From NCBI GenBank assembly GCA_029856365.1, contig JAHQWW010000022.1:1-45976 (forward strand): a DNA stretch of 45,976 nucleotides, read 5' to 3'. The notes under the pieces are model-generated. The model saw only the letters and a list, made by a program, of their open reading frames with translations, made no database searches and was not told where the DNA came from. This DNA comes from Candidatus Hodarchaeota archaeon. GTDB lineage: Archaea > Asgardarchaeota > Heimdallarchaeia > Hodarchaeales > Hodarchaeaceae. The translations under genes were made by a program, and so were the position numbers. This document shows positions 18,139 through 27,261 of this stretch, piece after piece. Each line of letters starts with the position of its first letter. The first letter of the stretch is position 1.

Positions 18139-19545
18139 TCATTGATAGAATTTTGAAATCATAGCTTGAGAAAGCAATAATAATGTACTCACATCAATAA
18201 AACCAAGACACAGTAATAAGAGTCCAATAATCAATTCGTCCTCTAGTATATCTCGACCAAGGCTTTCATAGATAGATATACCTACAAGCAATCCCCACCG
18301 GACATATTCGTCTAACTCTGATATTAACTTGGAATAAACATCCTGAAATTCCTGTTTCATAGCTTGAAGACAAGCATAGGAAAGGCCTGCAAACCGTTTT
18401 ATACGTTGATCATTCGAGTGGAAAAAGGTTTCAAACTCTTTTGCACGATCATACTCCTTATGTATGAGAATGAATGAAAATGCCCTTAACAGCACAAGAA
18501 AACGGTCAAAATTGCCAGAACCCCGTTGTTGAAGTCCTTCTTCGATGAATGTGCCCAAATCAGCAAGTGACTTTTCAGATTCCAGAAAATAACTAGCAGT
18601 AATCCCTGCTGCCTTAATATCTAAAGTATTACACTGTAATAGTGCCCTTAAAACATCTGTTACTGTTTTATTCTCCTTGAGGATGGTGGAAATTTGTTCA
18701 TAATCAGGATCTAAATCCTTAAGCCCTAATAATCGAATGAGAAAATTCTTTTGTTGTTTATTATCATTAAGAAGGGACAAATATGTTAAAATGAGTGCTG
18801 AATCTGTTCCGAACTTCGAATGGAACTCTATGCCTTGTTTTATTATTTTTTCAAGCTTTTCAACTCTAATTACTGGATCAGGGATCAAAGGAAGAAGAAA
18901 AGCAGTACAAATCATTGCAATTCTCCGACTCTCCTTATTTGATAAGTTAGGGATAATTAATTCAACTATGAAATCAAACACATTTTCCGCTTTATCAACA
19001 TTTAGAGCTGCTAGTGTAAGTCCCACTAAATAACAGTCTGGACTCCCCATCTCTGCTGGATTATAAGCTTCTAGAATTGCTGGAAGGCTATCTTTCTGTG
19101 TTTCTCGAAACTTAGCCAGAAGACCCAAGCCAATTGCGTACCCTTGCTTTACAACGAGATCAGCTTTCTTAATTTTTTTTCTAAATTCATTATAGCTCTT
19201 TTTTTGGAATTTCTTATTGTTTGAAAAAAAAGCATTCACTCCTAATGCAATTGCTGCAGTCATCCTTGTTGTTGTTAAAGGATCATTCAGAGAGTTCTTC
19301 AAGGTTTTTTCCTGCTCTTTTCCTCCTTCTGAATCCAGAAGTGTTGAAAATGCTAATCCTATTAAAGCAGCACGTTTTATTATCAAATCTTGGCTTCTTC
19401 CAGCTGCTCTCAGCTGTTTTAGCTTAAATTTTCTCTCTAACTGAGGATTAAATCCTATAGCTAATGCTAATGCCTCACGTTCAGTTGACGATCTGTTTTT
19501 TCGATACTCCTGGACAAAGACCGAAAAATCCACGTTATTTTCCAA
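18139..19545 (-). CDS. Alpha-helical repeat protein (PC/HEAT-like repeats)
   Basis: About 11 units spaced ~35-40 aa of [KR]x[GA]xxx[GA]L[GA]-like helices, e.g. KRAALIGLAF, RMTAAIALGV, KQGYAIGLGL, RWGLLVGISI. TTG start with GAGGG SD. Confidence 0.7.
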   Translation of the reverse strand: MENNVDFSVFVQEYRKNRSSTEREALALAIGFNPQLERKFKLKQLRAAGRSQDLIIKRAALIGLAFSTLLDSEGGKEQEKTLKNSLNDPLTTTRMTAAIALGVNAFFSNNKKFQKKSYNEFRKKIKKADLVVKQGYAIGLGLLAKFRETQKDSLPAILEAYNPAEMGSPDCYLVGLTLAALNVDKAENVFDFIVELIIPNLSNKESRRIAMICTAFLLPLIPDPVIRVEKLEKIIKQGIEFHSKFGTDSALILTYLSLLNDNKQQKNFLIRLLGLKDLDPDYEQISTILKENKTVTDVLRALLQCNTLDIKAAGITASYFLESEKSLADLGTFIEEGLQQRGSGNFDRFLVLLRAFSFILIHKEYDRAKEFETFFHSNDQRIKRFAGLSYACLQAMKQEFQDVYSKLISELDEYVRWGLLVGISIYESLGRDILEDELIIGLLLLCLGFIDVSTLLLLSQAMISKFYQ

Positions 19546-19746
19546 AATAAGGCCCTCATTACCTACTACCTCTCTTCCAATTTAAAGATATTAATTCAAA
19601 CACATCATATTTGAATCCTTTAATAGATGGCTTTTTTATCTATCTATATCCATGAGATCTGAAAATAGTATAAAATAATGTCCAGACTAAGACCCCAGAG
19701 CATATCACAATTATTATGATCAATTACTAACAAGCTGGTTGAAATT

Positions 19747-20421
19747 ATGGGCACATTTATTCCCCACCTTCGTGATTTCGAGAAATACCTCCTGCAAGAA
19801 TTCTCAACAAGGATTAAAAACCGAACGATACCTATCATAGCTATTGGGGGATTTTCAGGAACAGGAAAAGACACAGTTGCTCGTTTTGTCCAACAATACT
19901 TTGAAAAGAATCATAACATTTCGTTAAAAATCATTAGTGCTGGCGATATTGTAAGAAAAATAGCCATTGAATCAGGATGGAAAGAAAGAAACCTAGATGA
20001 ATTTATGAAATACATTCAAAAAACGCAGAATCAAGAGTTTGCAAGGAAAGTAGACCTTGAAATTGAAAAAAATGCATTACAAACTGCCCTTTTAGAAGGT
20101 GGCATTTTCATTGGACGAATGGCCCCATATGCAATTGGAACTCATGGAATAACTATTTGGTTGGAAGTAGCAGCACAAGTGATAGCTAATCGTATTTCTC
20201 ATGATATAAATAGATCTGAATATGGTATGAATGAAGAGCAACTCATTCAAAGGATCAAATCTCGTGATAGAACTGATGGAGAACGTTTAGAAGAAATCTA
20301 TGGAATATCATTTCGAGACAAAAAGCAATTTGACTTTACTTTGCGGAATGAAGGGTATTCTATTAAGGAACTCAGAGAGATGATAGAACAATTTCTCCAC
20401 AGAAAAATTCCCTCAATTTAA
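19747..20421 (+). CDS. cmk: Archaeal-type cytidylate kinase family protein
   Basis: P-loop GFSGTGKDT, ISAGDIVR, VDLEIE, GRMA and RDRTDGERLEEIYGI. Confidence 0.75.
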   Translation: MGTFIPHLRDFEKYLLQEFSTRIKNRTIPIIAIGGFSGTGKDTVARFVQQYFEKNHNISLKIISAGDIVRKIAIESGWKERNLDEFMKYIQKTQNQEFARKVDLEIEKNALQTALLEGGIFIGRMAPYAIGTHGITIWLEVAAQVIANRISHDINRSEYGMNEEQLIQRIKSRDRTDGERLEEIYGISFRDKKQFDFTLRNEGYSIKELREMIEQFLHRKIPSI

Positions 20422-20434
20422 GGAGATAGGTAAA

Positions 20435-20938
20435 TTGGATCTTGAAATACTAGAAAAACAAGATTTAATTAAAATTATCAGAATGTATTCTAAGAACTGG
20501 CTAGCTCATGATGGCTGCTGGTTTTTAGCTGCTGAAGAAAGGCATGGACTTGCTGAGGCAATCCAGATTGACAAAGAAGGATGGAAGCGTTTTACTATAG
20601 TTGAAGCAAAAAGAATAATGAATGAATTTGACATTCCTCCAAATTCAGGATTAGAGGGATTAGAAAAAGCCCTACATCTACGGTTATACGCCTCAATAAA
20701 TATTCAGGAGGTTACACGGGTCTCTTCCACCAAATTAATACTTAAAATGAAAACTTGTCGAGTTCAGTCAGCTAGAGAAAGAAAAAATTTACCATTATTT
20801 CCTTGTAAAGAAGTAGGAATTGTAGAATATAGCGGTTTTGCTAAGACTATTGATAACAGAATTATGACTAATGTTATAGCATGTCCCCCAGATTCGATGG
20901 AACGTGATTTTCATTGTGGATGGGAGTTTACGATTTAG
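20435..20938 (+). CDS. DUF6125-like protein (V4R/ATC-hydrolase-related)
   Basis: KNWLAHDGCWF, CRVQSAR.RK.L..FPCK and CPPD...F.CGWEF. Confidence 0.75.
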   Translation: MDLEILEKQDLIKIIRMYSKNWLAHDGCWFLAAEERHGLAEAIQIDKEGWKRFTIVEAKRIMNEFDIPPNSGLEGLEKALHLRLYASINIQEVTRVSSTKLILKMKTCRVQSARERKNLPLFPCKEVGIVEYSGFAKTIDNRIMTNVIACPPDSMERDFHCGWEFTI

Positions 20939-20963
20939 AGTAACCACTAAACAGGGAAACAAT

Positions 20964-21299
20964 TTATTCTGACCAAACCCATCCGCATTTTATACACTTA
21001 TAATACGTTGTAGTCTCCCATTCCTCCTTTCTTCGGTTTTCTGCTTCCCAATACCGAGCTTCGTAGTGATTGCACCGTGGGCACGCTACTTTAATACTTG
21101 GTCGAACATCAAATTCTTCTTCAACTATTGTTAACTTCTCCTTGACGTCATGGTGTATCTTACTTGAGATCTGATAAGAAGATTCCTTGAATTTGTCTTT
21201 AAACTCTGTTTTACAAACTCGACATACCAAGGTGATGCTACCATCTTCATGTCGTTGAGGAATTAGGAGTGCACCACACTTTTCACAAAAACTAACCAA
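20964..21299 (-). CDS. Transcription factor S / RpoM (RPB9/RPC11/RPA12 family) paralogue
   Basis: Two Zn ribbons: FCEKCGALL...CRVC and CPRC...YKCIKCGWVWSE. TTG start with AGGTGAG SD. Confidence 0.88.
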   Translation of the reverse strand: MVSFCEKCGALLIPQRHEDGSITLVCRVCKTEFKDKFKESSYQISSKIHHDVKEKLTIVEEEFDVRPSIKVACPRCNHYEARYWEAENRRKEEWETTTYYKCIKCGWVWSE

Positions 21300-21516
21300 T
21301 GGAAACTCACCTTTCCTAGATTATTATCAAATCATGTCGTTCAATCACTTTAATAATCGGAAAGCCATTTTTATTATTGGAATATAATGGAAAAGTGGTT
21401 TTATGTTTGCTTTCTAAATGTTATCTTTCCACCTTTTAAAGTTTTTAATATAGACATCTCCCCTCAAGTTGATTTTGAACTATATCGCTCTAACTAAAAA
21501 AAAAATCGATATTTTC

Positions 21517-22560
21517 TCAAGAATGAACTGCTTCTAAGGTGAATATGCATTTAGTTCCTGTACTAGTAGCGCATAAGGGATCTTCAATCATCCGAAATTT
21601 CTTTCCAAGCACTTCAGAGGCATATCCACCCCAAATGTGACCTAGAAACCTACAAAAAGTTATATTTTTTCCGCGATCTTTTCCACAGATATCAACATCA
21701 CCGTAGAAAAGTAGCTCATCGATTTCATCTGGAGGCAATAGTCCAATTCCCTTTAGAATTTGGTGCCTCTCTAACCCATGTAATACTTGTCTTATACTTC
21801 TAACCATTGAAACACCAATTTGATTAGCAAATTCTTCGAGACGTTCATCTTCTTGCAATTTAAGAAATAACACTTCAACTAACTTCAAAGGATAATCTTC
21901 AATGTCTTTTCGTTCTAGAATTGTGGGGTCAAAATGTTCCACAACAGTTCTTGTTCCCTCCAGTAAGAAACGGGTAGCATCTTGAATACTAATGCCTCTA
22001 CCGACAATTGGCTTAAGTAAAGATCCTGCAGAGAGTAAGACTGTTGCCTTTTCTTTAGCAGTTGGTTGAACTGATTCAGCAAAAACATCCTCAGAAGCTC
22101 TAAATTGGAGTTCATAAGCAAAGCGAGGTGGAAGCAGCTCATTTTCTATGAAAGAAACCTTTACATTGGATTGTATGAAAGAATATCCAAGTCCTTTAAC
22201 AATTGCTGAGAGAAGAAGTTTAATTAATTCTGTGTCTTTTTCTGTTGTAGCTCTCCATATACGTCCTTTTCCTAAAAAAACTCTTCCCAGCCGTACATCC
22301 TCAGCCCACTCTATTTCACAAGGAGAAAAGCCCAATGAAGCTAAGAAGAGTTTGGCCTGAGTTAACGTGTTATCTGAGGAGGTTAAAGTGAAGTTTGACT
22401 TCACCAAGTCGTATGTCATGGTTTCTATTAACTTTCTCGTTTCTAATGTGTTTGATCGATCTAGTAGTTCCTGTGATAATTTCATAACCGCCATTGTCAG
22501 AAATCTTTTGATTTTTACTCCAGCGATTGCTTCAGAATGGCTTGGACGTGATTCAGACAA
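21517..22560 (-). CDS. Tandem V4R/TRAPP(Bet3)-like domain protein
   Basis: C-terminal FCRFLGHIWGGY..EVLG...EDPLC....TKCIFTL is V4R-like. The N-terminal half shows a similar Cys-less pattern (FLASLGF...LLSAIVKGLG...YELQF). Confidence 0.6.
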   Translation of the reverse strand: MSESRPSHSEAIAGVKIKRFLTMAVMKLSQELLDRSNTLETRKLIETMTYDLVKSNFTLTSSDNTLTQAKLFLASLGFSPCEIEWAEDVRLGRVFLGKGRIWRATTEKDTELIKLLLSAIVKGLGYSFIQSNVKVSFIENELLPPRFAYELQFRASEDVFAESVQPTAKEKATVLLSAGSLLKPIVGRGISIQDATRFLLEGTRTVVEHFDPTILERKDIEDYPLKLVEVLFLKLQEDERLEEFANQIGVSMVRSIRQVLHGLERHQILKGIGLLPPDEIDELLFYGDVDICGKDRGKNITFCRFLGHIWGGYASEVLGKKFRMIEDPLCATSTGTKCIFTLEAVHS

Positions 22561-22756
22561 GTTTAAGACCTCTTATAGAGTTTTCGATAAAAATATAACA
22601 AGAGATTTATATCTATTCAAATTTACAAAAATTAAAAGGTAAAGATAATTTAAAAAGGATTTGTTAAGAAGCTTCATTTTTATAAATTAAAAATGGACTA
22701 GAAACCGAGTCAGTACTAGGCACATTCAATTATCAAATGTAATAGAGACAGCAGCA

Positions 22757-23119
22757 ATGAATAGATTCATTCGATTTTTTAAAAAACTTTTCATTCCAGA
22801 ACTCTCTCACGATGCCTCTCGAGAAGCAGAGAAGAGAGTCAAAATTGCTCGTAGTATTTCCGATGATCAAATTTACGTTCAAACAATCAGAAATGCATTA
22901 AAAGTTGAAGATGCCAGTCTATCCGATAAGTTAACATTCGCTTTCACTTCTCTTCCCGAAGCAAACTCAAATTTTAAATATGCGAAGAATATGTTTATTG
23001 ACATTCTTGACTTTCTAATGGGCAATAATGAGATTTCTTCAGAAGAAGGTAATCTATATAAGACTCAGCTTGAAAATATCAGCTCTCTTGAAGATCTGAT
23101 GGTGATGCTGTCTGTATAG
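22757..23119 (+). CDS. Hypothetical helical protein with amphipathic N-terminus
   Basis: 120-aa ATG ORF starting MNRFIRFFKKLF. Confidence 0.65.
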   Translation: MNRFIRFFKKLFIPELSHDASREAEKRVKIARSISDDQIYVQTIRNALKVEDASLSDKLTFAFTSLPEANSNFKYAKNMFIDILDFLMGNNEISSEEGNLYKTQLENISSLEDLMVMLSV

Positions 23120-23179
23120 AAACCAATAAAACTATAAAAAAAATATTTACAGCTTCAAAGACAAAATAATTTTGAACGG

Positions 23180-23758
23180 CTATTTTGTTGAGTCTGACTC
23201 AGTATTGTTAATTTTATCACGATTAGTATATACCAGAAGTCCTGCTAAATCTTCAAAGGTTTCTTGAATATGATTCCCCGTTTTAGCGCTGGTTTCAAAA
23301 AAATTTACCATCTGCAAATGATCCTTGGCTTGTTCTCCCTCGCTAAAAGAAACTTGCCGATCATCGGCTAGATCATTTTTATTCCCTACAAGATACATTC
23401 TTACATCAGGTGAATACTTTCTTAATTGTTCTATCCATAACGGGATTTTTTCAAGTGTCTTCTTTCGAGTTAGATCATACACCAGAAGAGCGCCAGAAAC
23501 CCCTTGGAAAAAAACTCGACCTACCTGGGATGAACGAGCGTGTCCACCGATATCCCAAATTTGGAGGCCTACTTTGTACTCTCTACCCTCAAAAGGAAGA
23601 TTTACAGTCTTAACTAAGAAGTTAGCTCCAATAGTTGCCATGTAATCTCCTGGAAACCGATCCTCGACATAACGTAAGACCATCGACGATTTTCCCACAC
23701 GAAATTCTCCAAGAAGGAGGATTTTGGCGAGGAAGTTGTAGTCAACTCTTTTTGTCAT
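23180..23758 (-). CDS. Rab-like small GTPase (atypical G1/G3)
   Basis: G1 GEFRVGKS, G2 ATIGANF, G3 WDIGGH, G4 GNKND, G5 ETSAK. No C-terminal Cys. ATG 23758 preferred to TTG 23767. Confidence 0.93.
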   Translation of the reverse strand: MTKRVDYNFLAKILLLGEFRVGKSSMVLRYVEDRFPGDYMATIGANFLVKTVNLPFEGREYKVGLQIWDIGGHARSSQVGRVFFQGVSGALLVYDLTRKKTLEKIPLWIEQLRKYSPDVRMYLVGNKNDLADDRQVSFSEGEQAKDHLQMVNFFETSAKTGNHIQETFEDLAGLLVYTNRDKINNTESDSTK

Positions 23759-24041
23759 TCTGATCAACAGCTATTAATTAATGTATAGAATAATCTTGGT
23801 AATGGTGATATAGAAGATTTGAGGTTGTCCTTCTCCGAGTTTCATTAAACGAATACAAATGATAAACCACTGTTCGGGAGTGAATATTTAAGTAAATATA
23901 CTTTCTTGTTACATCTTTTGCGTAAAAGAGGAATTAAAAAAAGTTTCCAACTTCAAGTACAAATACTCTGAGTATCTAAATTCCAAGAATTGCAGGCGAA
24001 AAATAGAAATAATATTTCTCTTTAACCTTTTGTGAATAGAA

Positions 24042-24293
24042 ATGCGACAATTCTTAAGATCCTTTAGTGAAATTCGGAAATTTATTCGCCGAGGATCACC
24101 TCAAGATGTCGTTAAAGTATGTCCAATTTGCCTTACAAACAGTCTTGAAGTTATCCCCAATAGATTCTTAGGATTGTTATCTCCACCATATTATTTATGT
24201 CGTAATTGTGGATACAAAGGAATGATTTTTGCTGAAATAGAACGAAAACAATATGAAAGCCTAGATTTAACAGTTGAGACAAGATCATCTTAA
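24042..24293 (+). CDS. Small Zn-ribbon protein
   Basis: VCPIC...YLCRNCGYKG. Ends 15 nt before the M20 gene. Confidence 0.75.
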   Translation: MRQFLRSFSEIRKFIRRGSPQDVVKVCPICLTNSLEVIPNRFLGLLSPPYYLCRNCGYKGMIFAEIERKQYESLDLTVETRSS

Positions 24294-24308
24294 GGAGAGG
24301 GTTTTATA

Positions 24309-25442
24309 TTGGAATGCATAAAGATCTTAAAAAATTTAATTTGCTTAAATTCTGAAAATCCTCCTGGTAATACACGACTTACTATTGAATACATACAAAA
24401 ATGGGCCGAGGGGAATAACATTCCAGTTAGGACTCAGTGGTATGAAGAGAACCAAGCAAATATAATCCTAACTCTTGGTAAGGCAAAGAAATCAATTGTG
24501 ATGTGTGGACATCTAGACACTGTCCCAGCTGGAAATTTAAATAACTGGGATTACGACCCTTTTGGCGGAGAAGAAACGGAGGGGTATATTTATGGTCGTG
24601 GTTCAGCTGATATGAAGGGAGGGGTTTCTGCTTGTTTAAGAGCACTTAAATCCTTAAAAAATACCGTTGATATAGATAAATTGAATTATCAAATAGTATT
24701 TCTTGGAACATCTGATGAGGAGGTAGGGCTTGGCGGAGCTAAAGCTGCAATGAAACTAGGAATAATGGATAATACTGAATTCTTAATTGTGGCAGAACCC
24801 ACAAGCTTGAAGGTTGGAATCGCAGAAAAAGGAGTTTTATGGATGACTATTCGATCTTATGGGAAATCTGCTCATGGTTCAACCCCAGAAAAAGGAATTA
24901 ATGCCATTGAAGAACTAGTAAATCTTTTTCCATTATTGAGAAACGCCATTCCTCGAGTTTCTCATCCTACCTTAGGTCAAAGTACACTGAATATTGGTAA
25001 AATTAAGGGGGGTAAAAGTGCAAACGTTGTCCCTGAAAATGCTGAAATTCAATGTGATTTTCGATTAGTTCCACCTATTAATTTAACTGATTTTGCTAAT
25101 GAAATCACTCACAAAATAAAAGAGTTTGAAAAATCAAACCCTGCTCAATTTGAAACTGAAATAAATCAAATCATGCTACCTGTATCTAATTCTCACGAAA
25201 ACAAATTCATACAACTTTTTCTGAAAGTAAGCAATAATCAGACACCAATCGGTTTAAACTACGGAACTGATGCAGCTGTTCTTGTCACTCAAGCACCTCA
25301 ATCAATTCCTTTTGTTATATACGGTCCTGGTGATCCGAAAGCCATTCATAACGCAAATGAACGAGTTTTGATTTCTGAAGTTCTAGAGGTAGAATCAGTT
25401 CTTACCAAGTTTCTAAGGAGAATTACATTAATAGGGACTTGA
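24309..25442 (+). CDS. M20 family metallohydrolase (ArgE/DapE-like)
   Basis: CGHLDTVP, GRGSADMKGG, DEE, AEPT, SAHGS, GTDA and IH..NE. Confidence 0.92.
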   Translation: MECIKILKNLICLNSENPPGNTRLTIEYIQKWAEGNNIPVRTQWYEENQANIILTLGKAKKSIVMCGHLDTVPAGNLNNWDYDPFGGEETEGYIYGRGSADMKGGVSACLRALKSLKNTVDIDKLNYQIVFLGTSDEEVGLGGAKAAMKLGIMDNTEFLIVAEPTSLKVGIAEKGVLWMTIRSYGKSAHGSTPEKGINAIEELVNLFPLLRNAIPRVSHPTLGQSTLNIGKIKGGKSANVVPENAEIQCDFRLVPPINLTDFANEITHKIKEFEKSNPAQFETEINQIMLPVSNSHENKFIQLFLKVSNNQTPIGLNYGTDAAVLVTQAPQSIPFVIYGPGDPKAIHNANERVLISEVLEVESVLTKFLRRITLIGT

Positions 25443-25601
25443 CTGTCATGGAGTTCATACTCTTGGAGTCGAAGCATTGAAAGGGAGCCTCTAGAGCGTT
25501 TTCTTAGTTTTCTTGCAGAACTTATCTATTTAAGAGAAATATTCATTCTTTCTTATAATCCCAAAAAAGTAGTTAGAAATAGCAGAATTCAACTGAAGGT
25601 A

Positions 25602-26042
25602 TTAAAGCCTTTTTATAAAGTCCTCCTGTTCTTCAGTTTCGATTGCCAATGGATTCACGTCTCTTATCCGTCTGACCGCTTCCTCAGGGCTAATATGGTC
25701 AATAACTACTAGCAAAGCTGCGAGTATTGTACCTGTACGTCCATGGCCCTCCGTACAGTGAATCAATACAGGAAGATTTGGATTTTCTTTTTGGGTCTCA
25801 TAGAAGAATTCTAGGAGTATTTCCAGATCAATCTTAGTAGGAATTGAAAAATTCACAATAGGTAGATGCAAATAGGGTATTGCTAATAGGTTGGCTAATT
25901 TCTCTGAGGTTGGAGTCTCTTGAAGACAAACCATCCCAGCCCACTCGATAGTCTTGAGAAAAGGAAAATCTTCTATGAGAGGTTCGCTAGACCCAGCCAA
26001 GCGTTGTTTATCAATCCAATAGAGAAGCATTTTTAACATCAT
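25602..26042 (-). CDS. Dual-specificity/protein-tyrosine phosphatase family protein
   Basis: IHCTEGHGRTG (CX5R) and IETEEQ. The usual general-acid Asp appears as N in IVNFSIP. Start uncertain among ATG 26042, 26039 and 26030. Confidence 0.88.
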   Translation of the reverse strand: MMLKMLLYWIDKQRLAGSSEPLIEDFPFLKTIEWAGMVCLQETPTSEKLANLLAIPYLHLPIVNFSIPTKIDLEILLEFFYETQKENPNLPVLIHCTEGHGRTGTILAALLVVIDHISPEEAVRRIRDVNPLAIETEEQEDFIKRL

Positions 26043-26367
26043 CTTCCTTTTCCATTGAGATGGATTTTTTTGATTTTATTTTGATCATTATTCTTGTGCA
26101 TCAAAGGAAAGGAGGATTTTTACTTGATAATAGGCTTTGAACGTTGACTGAATTCAGATAATAATAGATTAATTCAGAGCTTACAAAAACGTTACTGTTA
26201 AAATTTGTTCACACCAAACGAATAAGATATTGAGAAAAACTAAGTTAAGACTAAAAAATCGTCAGGAAGAAGTTCATAAAAATTAGGAGAACTTGCATGA
26301 AGAGAAAAATGTTTTAATAAACTAAAAAATAATAATTATAAGCAAACACACAATAGCAGGAATCAAA

Positions 26368-27261
26368 GTGAATACAAAGGATTTTGACTTCTTAATTCAA
26401 AAAGAATTTTTGATTCTTTGTTTGCTGTTGCTGTCTTTAACCTTTACTCAAATCTCATTAGAGCAACTATCAGGAAGTAGTAGCGTTAAACCCTTTTTAA
26501 TACTGAACATCTCTCTATTTGAAATCATTGGATTATTTTTACCACTATTCACGGGAATTTATCTCTTTTTTACAAACAAATCAAAACAACAATTTACTTT
26601 TCCTCCACTAATAATATTCTTTGGAATTGCTTTGATTTCAATTCTCATTTTTGCATTCTTAGCATCTACTACATTATTCGAAGAGGAATCCCCAGTCTGG
26701 CCCGAAATAAACTCCTCTGTTTCAATTACAACACAAGAAGTTACTGAATCAGCTCAACTACCCCCAGTACCAGCAGCTTCAAACCAATTAGACACCAACG
26801 CCTTTGTTAATTTCTTACTAGAGTTGAGAAGTCTTTTCTTCTTTGGAATAATTTTTTTATCACTATTGCTGATAATATTATCAAGACGAAAATCTGTACT
26901 GAAAAAAACTGTTGTAATGGACGGTGATGAGAGCCCAATTGAAGGGCAGGAAAAAACACATAGAATGAAAACAGTATTAGAGTGCTATTATCAAGCATCA
27001 ACTAGTTTAGAAGAACGAGGGGCTGATGATTCACCCAGCTTCACTCCTACGGAATTCACAAAGGATGTTATCACAAAAACCCTAACTTCTACTCCATTGA
27101 TTGAAGGAATCACAAACCTGTTCGAAGAAGTTAAGTTTTCAAATCATAACATCACAGATCAAGAAGTTGATCAAGCTAAATCTTTAGCTTCAAAAATTAT
27201 CTTCTCGGCCGAGTCACCGTCTAATCTCAAGGAGTGTAAAGAACCAGAGGAGATAGAATGA
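26368..27261 (+). CDS. Membrane protein with C-terminal DUF4129-like domain
   Basis: Four TM segments followed by TPTEF...ITNLFEEVKFS. First gene of the MoxR operon. Confidence 0.75.
   Translation: MNTKDFDFLIQKEFLILCLLLLSLTFTQISLEQLSGSSSVKPFLILNISLFEIIGLFLPLFTGIYLFFTNKSKQQFTFPPLIIFFGIALISILIFAFLASTTLFEEESPVWPEINSSVSITTQEVTESAQLPPVPAASNQLDTNAFVNFLLELRSLFFFGIIFLSLLLIILSRRKSVLKKTVVMDGDESPIEGQEKTHRMKTVLECYYQASTSLEERGADDSPSFTPTEFTKDVITKTLTSTPLIEGITNLFEEVKFSNHNITDQEVDQAKSLASKIIFSAESPSNLKECKEPEEIE

Noticed and set aside
23880-24020. Several short palindromes between the Rab-like and Zn-ribbon genes (ATATTTA..TAAATAT, ATACTC.GAGTAT, AGAAATA.TATTTCT)
   Set aside because: AT-rich and unrelated to each other, so expected by chance.
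26042-26116. Imperfect inverted repeat over the phosphatase ribosome-binding region
   Set aside because: Low-complexity purine/pyrimidine tracts with gaps. No support for a riboswitch-like element.
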